Positions 19,587 through 29,533 of a stretch of 64,000 nucleotides of DNA are shown here, one piece after another. Source of the DNA: Alphaproteobacteria bacterium (lineage in GTDB: Bacteria > Pseudomonadota > Alphaproteobacteria > MPNO01); the NCBI GenBank assembly GCA_965248835.1, contig CBDFLJ010000001.1:1568001-1632000 (forward strand), read 5' to 3'. The notes under the pieces were generated by a model. It did no database searches. It saw nothing but the letters and a program-made list of their open reading frames with translations, and was not told the origin of the DNA. Numbering within the stretch: the first letter of the stretch is position 1; each line of letters starts with the position of its first letter. The position numbers and the translations under genes are program-made.

Positions 19587-20627
19587 TTACTCGCCGGCGT
19601 ACTTGGCCGAAAGCGCGGTCAACTCGCCATAGACCGCGCGCGCCGGCAGGCCCTTCTTCTCCAGCCCGGTGATCCGCTCGTCCATGACCTTCTTGGCCAG
19701 CGCCCGCATCTGGCTATCGGCCGTGCCGGAAAGCGCCACGCGGCGGATTTTCAGGCTGTTCATGTATTTCGAGAACGGCGGCGGGTCGGCGCCCCAGGCG
19801 AGCTCGGCCATGCGCACGGCGGCCGCCTTGGTTGCGAATGCATCGACCAGCTTCTTCAGGTCGCCGGGTAGCCGATCATAGGCCTTCGGGTTCATCACCA
19901 AGCCGAAGCTGATCACCGAGACGAACATCGGCGTGTAATGGCTGACCAGGCTGCCGAGCTTGAAGGCAAAGATGCCCATCGGGTCGGTGACCACGCCGTC
20001 GATGGTGCCCTTCTGCAGTGATTCGGCCATATGAGTCGCGGGCATGCCGATCGGCAACGCGCCAAGCGCCTTCATCATCACCACGTCGGTCGGCGTTGGC
20101 ACGCGGTAGCGGCGGCCCTTGAGGTCGGCGAGACTCTTGATCGGGACTTCCGAATCATAGACGCCCGAGGGGCGGTTGAAGACCACCCACATCGCCATGG
20201 TCCCCTTGTGCTCGGCGCGCAGGTACTTGTCCATCAGATCCGCGGTCGCCTTGGCCGCCACACGGGCGCCCTTGGCGCCGTCCGGGAACAGATAGGGCGC
20301 GTGCGTCAGCTCGGTCAGCGGGAAGCGCCCGGGGGTCACGCCGTGCTGGAAAAACGACATATCGGAGACGCCCTTGCGGGTGAGGTCGTAATGCCGCGGC
20401 ATCGGTCCCATGGACGAGCCGTAGAACATCTCGATCTTGAGCCGTCCGCCGGAGTCCTTGGCGACCTGCGCCTTGACCTCCTCGAACCACCGCGAGGCGG
20501 TCGAGAACTTGGGTGCGAAGGTGGCCACCTTCAAAGTGTAGGTCTTCTGCGCGCCCGCCGCGCCGGCGCCCAGCGCCACCGCGGCCGCGCTGCCTATTGC
20601 GGCCAGCAGCCTCAGGGTTCCATGCAT
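19587..20627 (-). CDS. TRAP transporter substrate-binding protein (DctP family)
   Basis: Signal peptide, SGGRLKI, ADLKGRRYRV, ESLQKGTIDG; AGGGAGG RBS. Confidence 0.92.
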   Translation of the reverse strand: MHGTLRLLAAIGSAAAVALGAGAAGAQKTYTLKVATFAPKFSTASRWFEEVKAQVAKDSGGRLKIEMFYGSSMGPMPRHYDLTRKGVSDMSFFQHGVTPGRFPLTELTHAPYLFPDGAKGARVAAKATADLMDKYLRAEHKGTMAMWVVFNRPSGVYDSEVPIKSLADLKGRRYRVPTPTDVVMMKALGALPIGMPATHMAESLQKGTIDGVVTDPMGIFAFKLGSLVSHYTPMFVSVISFGLVMNPKAYDRLPGDLKKLVDAFATKAAAVRMAELAWGADPPPFSKYMNSLKIRRVALSGTADSQMRALAKKVMDERITGLEKKGLPARAVYGELTALSAKYAGE

Positions 20628-20748
20628 CCTTACCTCCCTTGCCCGGCCGGGCCGGCCGGATCGCGTGTTGCTTGACGCACCGATGGTGACCGGAATCCGG
20701 TCCCGACGCAACGCCCGGCACGCGGCAAGGCGCTGCATCCGGAGCGGC

Positions 20749-21504
20749 TCAGTGCATCGCGGAGCCGCCGTCGACGACCATGGTCTGGCCGGTGACGAAG
20801 TCGCTGTCCGAGGACGAGAAGAAGATCAGCGCGCCGATCAAGTCCTCGGGCACCTCCTCGCGCTTGATTGCCCGGCTGGCGGTGTTGCCCGCCTGGATGC
20901 GCGTCCACTGCTCGTCGGCCAGCACCTTCTCGCTCATCGTCAGCCCCGGTGCGATGGCATTGACGTTGATGCCGTCATCGCCGACCTCGCGCGCGAGCGC
21001 CCGGGTGAAAGCGACCATGGCGCCCTTGGAGCTGACATAGTGCAGCAGCATCGGCGTGCCCTTGAACACCGTGCCCGAGGCAATGTTTATGATCTTGCCG
21101 TAGCCGTTCTTCTTCATCTCCGGCACCGCCGCCTTGACGCAGCTGAACACTCCGCGGGTGTTGATCCGCATCACCCGGTCCCATTCGTCTTCGTCGATCT
21201 CCAGGAACGAGCGCTGCTTCAGATCGGCGAAGAGCGCCGCGTTGGTCACCATGACGTCGAGCTTGCCGTAGGCCTCGACCGCCTGGGCGACCATCGCCCT
21301 GGTCTCGTCCGGTCTGGTGACGTCGCAGTGGTTGCCGATCGCCTCGCCGCCGGCCTGCTTGATGATGTTGACCGTGTTCTCGGTGTCGAGGATGTCGCTG
21401 ACCACGACCTTGGCGCCTTCGGCGGCCAGCGCCTTGCAATAGGCGACGCCGATGCCGCGTCCGCCGCCGGTGACGATCGCAACCCGGCCATCCAGTCTGC
21501 CCAT
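20749..21504 (-). CDS. SDR family NAD(P)-dependent oxidoreductase
   Basis: TGGGRGIG, NAA, YVSSK (YxxxK), VNAIAPG, VTGQTMVVDGG. Confidence 0.95.
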   Translation of the reverse strand: MGRLDGRVAIVTGGGRGIGVAYCKALAAEGAKVVVSDILDTENTVNIIKQAGGEAIGNHCDVTRPDETRAMVAQAVEAYGKLDVMVTNAALFADLKQRSFLEIDEDEWDRVMRINTRGVFSCVKAAVPEMKKNGYGKIINIASGTVFKGTPMLLHYVSSKGAMVAFTRALAREVGDDGINVNAIAPGLTMSEKVLADEQWTRIQAGNTASRAIKREEVPEDLIGALIFFSSSDSDFVTGQTMVVDGGSAMH

Positions 21505-21682
21505 CTTGTCTCTCCCTGGTTCGTTCGGGGCCCGCATCGCCGCGGCACGCCTTGAGCCCGCAGTCATATTCCCCGCTGCGGTGCGAGTCCATATGCCGGG
21601 CCGCTTCTTGACGGGACCCGGCGGATCGGGCGAGTCTCGCCGCGACACGGATACAGCGAACCACTGCTTGGGAGGGCGCGCC

Positions 21683-22651
21683 ATGTCGGCTCGAACCGAA
21701 ACGCTTCCGGTCATCGATATCGGCGGGCTGTCCTCGGCCCGTCTCGAAGATCGCCGCACGGTGGCCCGCGAGATCCGGGCGGCCTGCATCGACAGCGGCT
21801 TTTTCTATGTCGTGAACCACGGCGTGCCGCCGCACAGCGTTGCCGAGACCTTCGCCCGGTCCCAGCAGTTCTTCAGCCAGCCGCTGGCGACGAAGACGCG
21901 AGTCGGGATCGCGCACTCGCCGGTCTCGCGCGGATACGAACCGATCGGGGCGCAGACCCTCGACCTCGCCGCCGCGCCGGACCAGAAGGAGAGCTTCTAT
22001 ATCGGCATCGAGCGCGGGCCGAAGGACCCGCTGGCGGCGGCGGGCACGCCCAACCACGGCCCGAACCAGTGGCCGGACGGCCTGCCGGGCTGGCGCGAAT
22101 CGATGGAGGCCTATTTCGCCCGGTTGGGCGCGCTGGCCGATCTGCTCTCACGCGGCCTTGCGTTGTCGCTCGACATGCCGGAGCATCACTTCGTACCGCT
22201 CGCCGACAACCCGATGTCCATCCTGCGCCTGTTGCACTACCCTCCGCACCCGGTCGATGCCGGCGCGGATCTGTTCGGCTGCGGCACCCATACCGACTGG
22301 GGCTGCCTGACGATCCTTGCCCAGCAGGACGCCGAAGGTCTGGAACTGCGCACCGCCTCGGGCGCGTGGGTCCTTGCCCGGCCGATCGAGGGCACCTTCG
22401 TGGTCAACCTCGGCGACATGATGGCGCGTTGGACCAACGGGCTCTACCAGTCGACGCCCCACCGTGTGATCAACACCTCGGGCCGCGAGCGCTACTCGAT
22501 CGCCTTCTTCCACGACGTCAACTACCACGCGCTGGTTGAATGCCTGCCGACCTGCCAGGGCCCGGACAACCCCGCCAGGTCCCCCCCGATCCTCGCCGGC
22601 GAGCATATCCATCAGATGTATCTCAGGACCTACGCGCAGCAGGCCACCTGA
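21683..22651 (+). CDS. Isopenicillin N synthase-like 2OG-Fe(II) oxygenase
   Basis: LPVIDI, GFFYVVNHG, LRLLHYPP, HTD, VVNLGDMM.RWTN, STPHRV, RYS. Confidence 0.92.
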   Translation: MSARTETLPVIDIGGLSSARLEDRRTVAREIRAACIDSGFFYVVNHGVPPHSVAETFARSQQFFSQPLATKTRVGIAHSPVSRGYEPIGAQTLDLAAAPDQKESFYIGIERGPKDPLAAAGTPNHGPNQWPDGLPGWRESMEAYFARLGALADLLSRGLALSLDMPEHHFVPLADNPMSILRLLHYPPHPVDAGADLFGCGTHTDWGCLTILAQQDAEGLELRTASGAWVLARPIEGTFVVNLGDMMARWTNGLYQSTPHRVINTSGRERYSIAFFHDVNYHALVECLPTCQGPDNPARSPPILAGEHIHQMYLRTYAQQAT

Positions 22652-22655
22652 AAGG

Positions 22656-23285
22656 TCAAGAGTCGGCCGTTTCCTCGGCGTGCGGCACCCGGTCGAGATG
22701 GGCGAGCCAGTGGCCCGGCAATCCATGGCTCCTTGCGCCCTCGCGGATCAGGGTGATGTAGCGTAGAGACGGCCTGCCGTCCCGCGCATTGCCGCGTGCG
22801 ATGTAGGCGAACGCCTCGATGGGTTCACCGGTGTCATCCTCGGCCCTCAGCAGCACCGGTCTGTAGTTCCTGCCGGGCACGCCCTCGCTCGCGTTGAGCC
22901 GGACGAGGTCGCGCCGCGGGATGCGATAGAGCACCCCCCACACCTCGGCGTCCGGTTCGGGGCAGATGTTCGCCGGCGCCGCCCTGCCGCGCGGCCAGCC
23001 GTCCAGATTGAACCGCAGCCGGTAGCCCGCGATGCGGCCGGTGCGGGTCTCGCTGGGCCGCATGCCGCGCCGGTCGCGAAAGGCGCTCGGGTGCATGTTG
23101 GAGCCATAGGCGAAATACCACACCGCATCGTCCGGCCCACCTTCGAGCCGCAGGCCCCAGGTGCGGTACCACAATCGGGTGATCGGCCAGACGGTCATAA
23201 GAATCGGCAACAGGCACCGTCGCAGGGTCCATCTCAGCCGGGCCAGATTCGACCGCCGCAAAGGCTCAGAGCGTGTCCGGAACAT
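22656..23285 (-). CDS. Gamma-glutamylcyclotransferase (GGCT/AIG2-like) family protein
   Basis: WYFAYGSNM, VWGVLY, L...EG, PS.RY...I.EGA; the true start may be ATG 23198. Confidence 0.85.
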   Translation of the reverse strand: MFRTRSEPLRRSNLARLRWTLRRCLLPILMTVWPITRLWYRTWGLRLEGGPDDAVWYFAYGSNMHPSAFRDRRGMRPSETRTGRIAGYRLRFNLDGWPRGRAAPANICPEPDAEVWGVLYRIPRRDLVRLNASEGVPGRNYRPVLLRAEDDTGEPIEAFAYIARGNARDGRPSLRYITLIREGARSHGLPGHWLAHLDRVPHAEETADS

Positions 23286-23291
23286 GCTCTA
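23268..23291. repeat. Short palindromic repeat, (T)AGAGCATGTTCC family, copy 1
   Basis: AGAGCGTGTCC-GGAACATGCTCTA; related copies at 36880 and 60895-60943. Confidence 0.45.
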
Positions 23292-24158
23292 TTCCGCGAA
23301 ACCGTATAGCCGCGCGGGGTTGTCGACGACGATCCGGCGCAGCAGACCCGGGTCCGGCGCGTAGCGCGGCAGCATGTCGACCAGATCGCCGTCGTTTGGC
23401 ATCGGTCCCGCGATGTTGGGATGCGGCCAGTCGGTGCCCCACAGCACCCGGTCCGGCGCCGCCTCGATCACCGCCTGGGCGAAGGGCACCACGTCCTCAT
23501 AGGGCGGGCCGGCGGCGGACAGACGCTCGGCGCAGGAGATCTTGACCCAGAAATCGCCCTCCGCCAGGAACTGCAGCAGCCGCCGGAAGGACGCCTGTCC
23601 GAGGCCCTCGGCCACCTTCACCCGGGCCAGGTGGTCGATCACGACCGGCAGGCCGAGCCTTTCGATCTCTGCGGCGTTCTCGACCACGTCGACCGCTTCG
23701 AGATAGAGCACGAGGTGCCAGCCCAGCGGCCTTATCCGGTCGGCGAGCGCGCGCACGCGGGTGAAGTCCGGCGGTCCGCTCAGGTGGCGCGCGAAACTCA
23801 TTCGCACCCCGCGGACGCCGCCCCGGTGCAGCGCCTCGTAGTCCCGGTCGGTGAAGCGTTCATCGACCATCGCTACCCCGCGATACCGCTCCGGCGCGGC
23901 GGCGATCGCATCGAGCATCGCCCTGTTGTCGGTGCCGTGACAGGTCGCCTGGACGATCACCGCGCGATCGAGCCCCAGCACGTCGTGCAGCCCGGCCAGA
24001 TCGGCGAACGGCGCATCGGGCGGGGTGTAGGACCGGCCGGAATGATAAGGGTAGCGCGCCGCCGGCCCGAAGACGTGGCAATGGGCATCGCACGCGCCCC
24101 AGGGCAGCGTGGTCGCGGGCCTTCTGGTGTCGCGGACGGGTGGCTGACAGGTCTTCAT
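23289..24158 (-). CDS. Amidohydrolase, 2-pyrone-4,6-dicarboxylate lactonase (LigI)-like
   Basis: GACDAHCHVFGP...YP, VIVQATCHGTDN, VIDH, WVK.S, DRVLWGTDWPHPN, PNDGDLVD, VDNPARLY. Confidence 0.88.
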   Translation of the reverse strand: MKTCQPPVRDTRRPATTLPWGACDAHCHVFGPAARYPYHSGRSYTPPDAPFADLAGLHDVLGLDRAVIVQATCHGTDNRAMLDAIAAAPERYRGVAMVDERFTDRDYEALHRGGVRGVRMSFARHLSGPPDFTRVRALADRIRPLGWHLVLYLEAVDVVENAAEIERLGLPVVIDHLARVKVAEGLGQASFRRLLQFLAEGDFWVKISCAERLSAAGPPYEDVVPFAQAVIEAAPDRVLWGTDWPHPNIAGPMPNDGDLVDMLPRYAPDPGLLRRIVVDNPARLYGFAE

Positions 24159-24296
24159 GGCGCGGCTTCCGTACCGTCAAGGGCACTCGCTGCGAAGGTA
24201 ACGCAATCGGCCTTGGCGAAAAATCCATCCACGCGCCCCGGCCCGCTCGGCGCTATCATGGCACCGATCCGAAGATCCTCGGGACGGACCCGGCCG

Positions 24297-25316
24297 ATGC
24301 CGATTCTGCGTTACGCGTGCGCCGGTCTGGCCTTGCTAGCCGCGATGCCGTGCGGCGCAGCGCAGGCGAATGAGAACCAAGAGATCCGTATCGTTTCGGG
24401 TCGGGTGGGGACGCCGTGGCACGCCTTCGCGGTGAGCCTGGCCAGGCTGCTCCAGAAGGAACTGCCCGGGTCGTCGGTGTCGGTCATCCGCCGGGGCAGC
24501 GCGATTTGGAATCCGATCTTCGTCAATGCGCGCCGCGCCGATTTCGGCCTGTCCAACGTGGCCAGCGCGAACTGGGCCTATCATGGCGACAAGACCGCCT
24601 ATAACGGGCGGAAGTACAACGGTATCCGCGCGGTGATGGGTGGGATGAGGCCAGTCTGGCTCACCGCGATGCTGCGCGAGGACTATATCCGGCGGACCGG
24701 GTTCTTCACGCTCGACGAGGCGTTGACCGCCGAGCGCGGCGGGCCGCGGATCGTCATGGAGCCGGCCGCCAGCACGGTACCGGTCATCGTCGACAAGATC
24801 CTGGCGGCGATGGGCTCCAGCAGGCTGTTGCTGCGCGAACGCGGCGGCGACATCGTCCAGGTGGGTGCCAGGCAAATCCCCTCGATGATGCGCGACAACC
24901 GAGCGGATCTCTATTTCGAGGCGACCGTGTCCGACCACCCCGTCGTGCTTGAGACCGCACACACCGGCGATGTCCGGTTCGTCGACCTGCCCGAAGCGTC
25001 GCTGACCGCGTTGGAGAGGTCGGGGCTTGCCGCAAGGAAGCTGCCCCGCTGGTTCGAGGGCCAGGACGGGCCGGTCAACGCGGTCGACCTGGGCACGATG
25101 ATCATCGTGCATCGCGATGTCGCCGACAAAATCGTCCATGCGATGGTCCGGACCCTGGTTGACCGGCGCGAGATCCTTGCCGGGAGCCATCAGGCGTTCC
25201 GCGACTACGACCCCCGCGGCAAATGGTCGGTCAAGCGGGCCCGGGTGCCGTTGCACCCCGGTGCGGCGCGGTTCTACCGCGAACGCGGCTGGATGAAGCG
25301 CCGTGGCCGACGATAG
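24297..25316 (+). CDS. TAXI family TRAP substrate-binding protein
   Basis: Signal peptide, G..GT.W, GS...NP, C-terminal VPLHPGAARFYRERG signature. Confidence 0.85.
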   Translation: MPILRYACAGLALLAAMPCGAAQANENQEIRIVSGRVGTPWHAFAVSLARLLQKELPGSSVSVIRRGSAIWNPIFVNARRADFGLSNVASANWAYHGDKTAYNGRKYNGIRAVMGGMRPVWLTAMLREDYIRRTGFFTLDEALTAERGGPRIVMEPAASTVPVIVDKILAAMGSSRLLLRERGGDIVQVGARQIPSMMRDNRADLYFEATVSDHPVVLETAHTGDVRFVDLPEASLTALERSGLAARKLPRWFEGQDGPVNAVDLGTMIIVHRDVADKIVHAMVRTLVDRREILAGSHQAFRDYDPRGKWSVKRARVPLHPGAARFYRERGWMKRRGRR

Positions 25317-25385
25317 ATGGCGTTGACCCGTTTCGCGGGCCGCAATATCGTTCCCCTCGCCTCCCTCCGATCGGCAGACCCCGCG

Positions 25386-26183
25386 ATGGCCGACACCGCC
25401 GACCGCCCGACGGATCCGAACGGGCCGTTGATCGAACTCGCCGGCCTCGGCAAGCGCTTCGACGGTGAGCGCGCCCTGGACGGTGTCAGCCTTGATGTCG
25501 ATCACGGCGAATCGGTGGTTATCATCGGGCCGTCGGGCAGCGGCAAGACGGTCCTGCTCAAGACCGTTATCGGGCTGGTGGAGCCCGACGAAGGCAGCGT
25601 GCGCATCGCCGGGACCGAGACCGTCGGGCTGTCCGCCCGCGCCCGCGATGCGCTCGCCGGCCGGATCGGCATGCTGTTCCAGCAGTCGGCGCTGTTCGAC
25701 AGTCTGCGGGTCTGGGAGAACGTCGCCTTCAGGCCGCTGAACGAGGGCACGCTGAACCGCAGGCGCAGCCGTGATTTCGCGGTGCGCAGGATCGAGGCGG
25801 TCGGGCTGTCGGCCGATACCGCCGACCTCTATCCGGTCGAGCTGTCCGGCGGCATGCGCAAGCGCGCGGCGCTCGCCCGGGCCATCGCCAACGATCCGCA
25901 GATTCTGCTGCTCGACGAGCCGACAGCCGGGCTGGATCCGATCATGTCCAACGTGATCAACGACCTGATCTTGGAGATCATTGCCGACCTCGGCGCGACG
26001 GTGCTGTCGGTCACCAGCGACATGGCCGGCGCGCGGCGCATCGCCGACCGGGTCGCGATGATGTTCGAGGGCCGGATGATCTGGCAGGGCCCCGGCGCGG
26101 CGCTGGACGGGTGCGAGAACGCCCACGTCGACCAGTTCGTCCACAGCCGGGCCCAAGGCCCGATCCAGATGGTGCTCGACTGA
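25386..26183 (+). CDS. ABC ATPase, MlaF/Mkl family
   Basis: GPSGSGKT, GMLFQQSALFDSL.VWENVAF, ELSGGMRKR, DEPTAGLDPI, GPIQM. Confidence 0.9.
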   Translation: MADTADRPTDPNGPLIELAGLGKRFDGERALDGVSLDVDHGESVVIIGPSGSGKTVLLKTVIGLVEPDEGSVRIAGTETVGLSARARDALAGRIGMLFQQSALFDSLRVWENVAFRPLNEGTLNRRRSRDFAVRRIEAVGLSADTADLYPVELSGGMRKRAALARAIANDPQILLLDEPTAGLDPIMSNVINDLILEIIADLGATVLSVTSDMAGARRIADRVAMMFEGRMIWQGPGAALDGCENAHVDQFVHSRAQGPIQMVLD

Positions 26184-26267
26184 CGCTGCCGTCCCTGCCG
26201 GTGCCTTGAGGCCGGTCGGGGACAAGCCGACTTGACCGCGCGGCCTGCCTGCCTATCGTCCTCGGTC

Positions 26268-27023
26268 ATGAGCACCAGACTGGTCTTCCCCGACGACATC
26301 AGGCCCGATTTCGAGGGCTTCGGCGATGCCGCCTTTACCTTTCTGCGCGGCCTGGCGAGGAACAACGAGCGCGCCTGGTTCACCGCTCGCCGGGAGATCT
26401 ACGAGACCGAGGTCCGGTTTCCTCTGGAATGTCTGGTCGCCGAGTTCCGCCCCGACGGTGCCGGCAAGGGCCTGCCCGTGCGGGGCGATCCGGGCCGGGC
26501 GGTGTTCCGGATCCATCGCGACGTGCGGTTCTCCAGGAACAAGCAGCCCTACAAGACCCATGCCGGCGCCATCCTGTCGCGCGGCGGCGGGCGCGGCGAG
26601 GCCGGCATGGTCTACATCCACATCCAGCCCGGCAACTGCTTCGTCTCCGCCGGGTTCTGGCGGGCCGATCCGCCGATGCTGAACGCCTGGCGCCAGCGCA
26701 TGGTCGAGGCGCCCGAGGAATGGCTGGCGATCGTCGGCCCCTACGGCACGGTCCCCGGAGAGGCGCCCTACATGCGGGCGATCTCGACGCTCAAGACCAT
26801 GCCGCGGGGCTTCAAGGGAGACGCCCAGTCCCCGGTCGCGGACTACGTCAAGTGGAAGTCCTTCCTCCTGACCCGCCAGGTGCCCGACGCCGTGGCCAAG
26901 ACCTGCGACCTCGTCGGGGTCATCCGCGAGCACGCGCTCGCCGCCGTGCCGCTGCTCGAATATGGCTGGGAGGTCGCCGACATCCCCGCCGACGCCGATC
27001 CGCGCCGCCACATGCGCGCGTGA
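26268..27023 (+). CDS. DUF2461 / TIGR02453 family protein
   Basis: F.FL..LARNN.R.WF, FRIHRDVRFSRNKQPYKTH, Y.HIQPG, LKTMPRGF. Confidence 0.85.
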   Translation: MSTRLVFPDDIRPDFEGFGDAAFTFLRGLARNNERAWFTARREIYETEVRFPLECLVAEFRPDGAGKGLPVRGDPGRAVFRIHRDVRFSRNKQPYKTHAGAILSRGGGRGEAGMVYIHIQPGNCFVSAGFWRADPPMLNAWRQRMVEAPEEWLAIVGPYGTVPGEAPYMRAISTLKTMPRGFKGDAQSPVADYVKWKSFLLTRQVPDAVAKTCDLVGVIREHALAAVPLLEYGWEVADIPADADPRRHMRA

Positions 27024-27098
27024 GCCCGCGCTGCTTGCCGTCCGGATTGGCCCGGTGCACACTGCGGACCGACGAGAACGCCGCCGCAGGGACGGGTC

Positions 27099-27929
27099 AT
27101 GCCCAAGCGTCTGACCGAAGCACAGATCGAGACCGCACGGACCGGCGGCTATGCCTTTCCGGTTCCCGTGCTCTCGCCGGCCGAGGCGCGCGACTATCTC
27201 GACAGGTTCGAGGACTACGAGCGCGAGACCGGCACCAGCGCACCGCGCGACCTCAAGGTCAAGGCGCATCTGCTGTTCACCTGGATGTGGCGGCTCGGCA
27301 CGACACCGGCCCTGCTGGATGCGGTCGAGGACCTGATCGGGCCCGACATCATGCTGGTCACCTCCGCGGTGTGGGCGAAGAATGCCCGCGATCCGGCCTA
27401 CGTGACCTGGCATCAGGATTCGGCCTATTTCGGCTACGACCCGGTGGACGTGTGGAGTGCCTGGATCGGGCTGACCGAGGCGAGGATCGAGCATGGCTGC
27501 ATGCGCTACCTGCCGGGCAGCCATCTGAAGCCCGAGCGGCCCCATATCGAGACCTATGCCGCCGACAACCTGCTGCAGCGCGGCCAGTACATCCCCGATT
27601 TCGACGAGACCGGCGCGGTGGCCGCCGAGGTCGGTGTCGGCGAGGCGACGTTACACCATTTCCGGCTCGCCCACTCATCGGAGCCAAACACCTCCGACCA
27701 ACGCCGGATCGGCATCCTGTTCGTCTTCTGCCCGCCCTATGTGCGGTATTCGCTCGGGCGCTATCCGGCGCGGCTGGTGCGCGGTGTCGACAAGTACGGC
27801 CATTGGGACGAGGACCCGATCCCTGAGCGTGACATGGACCCGGCGGCGATCGCCCATTTCGAGGGCCTGCGCTCGGCCTACGAGGACCGGACGGTGCGGT
27901 CCGAGGCCGAACGCGCGGGCCTCGCCTGA
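27099..27929 (+). CDS. Phytanoyl-CoA dioxygenase (PhyH) family 2OG-Fe(II) oxygenase
   Basis: LDAVEDLIGPDI, VTWHQDSAYF (HxD), GCMRYLPGSH, LAHSS.PN.S..RR. Confidence 0.9.
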   Translation: MPKRLTEAQIETARTGGYAFPVPVLSPAEARDYLDRFEDYERETGTSAPRDLKVKAHLLFTWMWRLGTTPALLDAVEDLIGPDIMLVTSAVWAKNARDPAYVTWHQDSAYFGYDPVDVWSAWIGLTEARIEHGCMRYLPGSHLKPERPHIETYAADNLLQRGQYIPDFDETGAVAAEVGVGEATLHHFRLAHSSEPNTSDQRRIGILFVFCPPYVRYSLGRYPARLVRGVDKYGHWDEDPIPERDMDPAAIAHFEGLRSAYEDRTVRSEAERAGLA

Positions 27930-27938
27930 GCGCCGCGC

Positions 27939-29366
27939 GTGGCCGCGCGCCCGCCCGATCTCAGGACCTTTCTCGCGGACAACGAGGCGGCGGTCTTCCG
28001 CCCGCCCGCGCCGGTCCGCGTCGTCGAGGAGATCACCGCCTTGCAGCACGCGCTCTATGGCGAGGGCGCGCAGCCGGTGGTGGTGATCGACCGGCCGCTG
28101 CGCGCGGACGGGACCGAAAGCGAGATCCCGGTCGTGTGCAACCTGACCGCGAGCCGGGCGCTATGCGCGGCGGCCCTTGGCATCGACGATCACCGGATGT
28201 GCGCCCGGGCGTTTGCCGAGATGGCCGCCGGTCACATCGAACCCGTCGTCGTCGTCCGCGATGCCGCACCGGTCCAGGCGGTCGTTGCCGAGGGCGATCA
28301 GGCCGATCTGACCGCGCTGCCCGCGCTGAAGCAGCACGGCGACGATGCCGGCCACTATATCACCGCCGGCCACGCGGTCACCGCCGATCCGGACAGCGGT
28401 ACCGACAACATGGGCATCCAGCGCTGCTGGGTGCGCGGACCCCGTCTGATGGCGATCTACCCGTACCCGACCTCGCACAACTGGCTCAACATCAAGAAGT
28501 ACTGGGACCGTGGCGAGCCCTGCCCGGTCGCGGTGTGGATCGGCCACCACCCCGCGGTGGTGATGGGCACCCAGGCCAAGATCGGCTATCCGGAGAGCCA
28601 TTGGGGTGCTGCCGGCGCTGCGCTCGGCGCGCCGGTCCGGCTGGTGGCTTCGATCAGCCACGGCGATCTGATCCGCGTGCCGGCCGACGCCGAGATCGTC
28701 ATCGAGGGGTTCATCCCGCCCGACCGGCTGGAGGCCGAAGGTCCGTTCGCCGAGTTCACCGGCTATCAGGGACCGCAGGTCGCCAACCCGGTGGTCGAGG
28801 TCACCGCGATCACCCGCCGCGCCGACGCGCTGTATCAGGATTGCGGCTCCGGGCTTGCCGATCACCTGATTCCCGACAACATGGCCATGGAAGGCGCGAT
28901 CTTCGCGATGTGCCGCAACGCTGCGCCGGCGTTGCGGACCGTCCATGTGCCGTTCTCCGGCCGCCGGTTCCATGCCTATCTGCAGTTCCGCGACCCGCGG
29001 CCGGGCGAGGTGCGCGATGCGCTGGTCGCCGCCCTGTCCTACCGCCGGCTGAAGGCGGTGATGGCCTTCGACGAGGACATCGACATCTTCGATGACCGCG
29101 CGGTGTTGTGGGCGTTGTCGACCCGGCTGCAGTGGGACCGCGACCTGATTCGCGTCGACGGGCTGACGGAGGCGAACCTCGACCCGTCGAGCCCGCCCGG
29201 CGCGCGCTCCACCACTAAGACCGCGCTCGATGCCACGCTGCCGCCGCCGCGCCGGCCCGGAGCGCCGCGCCCGATGGCTCCGGTCAACCGCGTCGGACAG
29301 ACGGCGCTCGCCGCCGCCCGCGCGCTGCTTGCCGGCGTCGACCCGAGCGCATGGCCGCGCGCCTGA
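27939..29366 (+). CDS. UbiD family prFMN-dependent decarboxylase
   Basis: DLRTFL, DLTALP....H..DAG.YIT, N.GIQR, VPADAEIVIEG, EGPFAEFTGY (catalytic Glu motif), DEDIDIFD, LDPS. Confidence 0.92.
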   Translation: MAARPPDLRTFLADNEAAVFRPPAPVRVVEEITALQHALYGEGAQPVVVIDRPLRADGTESEIPVVCNLTASRALCAAALGIDDHRMCARAFAEMAAGHIEPVVVVRDAAPVQAVVAEGDQADLTALPALKQHGDDAGHYITAGHAVTADPDSGTDNMGIQRCWVRGPRLMAIYPYPTSHNWLNIKKYWDRGEPCPVAVWIGHHPAVVMGTQAKIGYPESHWGAAGAALGAPVRLVASISHGDLIRVPADAEIVIEGFIPPDRLEAEGPFAEFTGYQGPQVANPVVEVTAITRRADALYQDCGSGLADHLIPDNMAMEGAIFAMCRNAAPALRTVHVPFSGRRFHAYLQFRDPRPGEVRDALVAALSYRRLKAVMAFDEDIDIFDDRAVLWALSTRLQWDRDLIRVDGLTEANLDPSSPPGARSTTKTALDATLPPPRRPGAPRPMAPVNRVGQTALAAARALLAGVDPSAWPRA

Positions 29367-29368
29367 GC

Positions 29369-29533
29369 ATGGCCGAGAAGCAGGGAAACGCGGCTTTCGT
29401 CCGCTGCCCGTCGTGCCGGGAGTGGTTCGCTGCGGCAACGCCGCTGATCGACGCGGCCACGATCGCGCTCTGCTGTCCGGCCTGCGCCCACCGCTTCCTC
29501 CCCGAGGACGCCGCGGAGATCGACCGGCCGTGA
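29369..29533 (+). CDS. Small zinc-ribbon protein (54 aa, CPSC...CPAC), candidate UbiD partner subunit
   Basis: Two CxxC pairs; begins 2 nt after the ubiD stop; its stop overlaps the MFS start (GTGA). Confidence 0.7.
   Translation: MAEKQGNAAFVRCPSCREWFAAATPLIDAATIALCCPACAHRFLPEDAAEIDRP

Noticed and set aside
27099-27929. Possible non-heme iron halogenase
   Set aside because: Iron motif is HQD; halogenases replace the Asp with Ala or Gly
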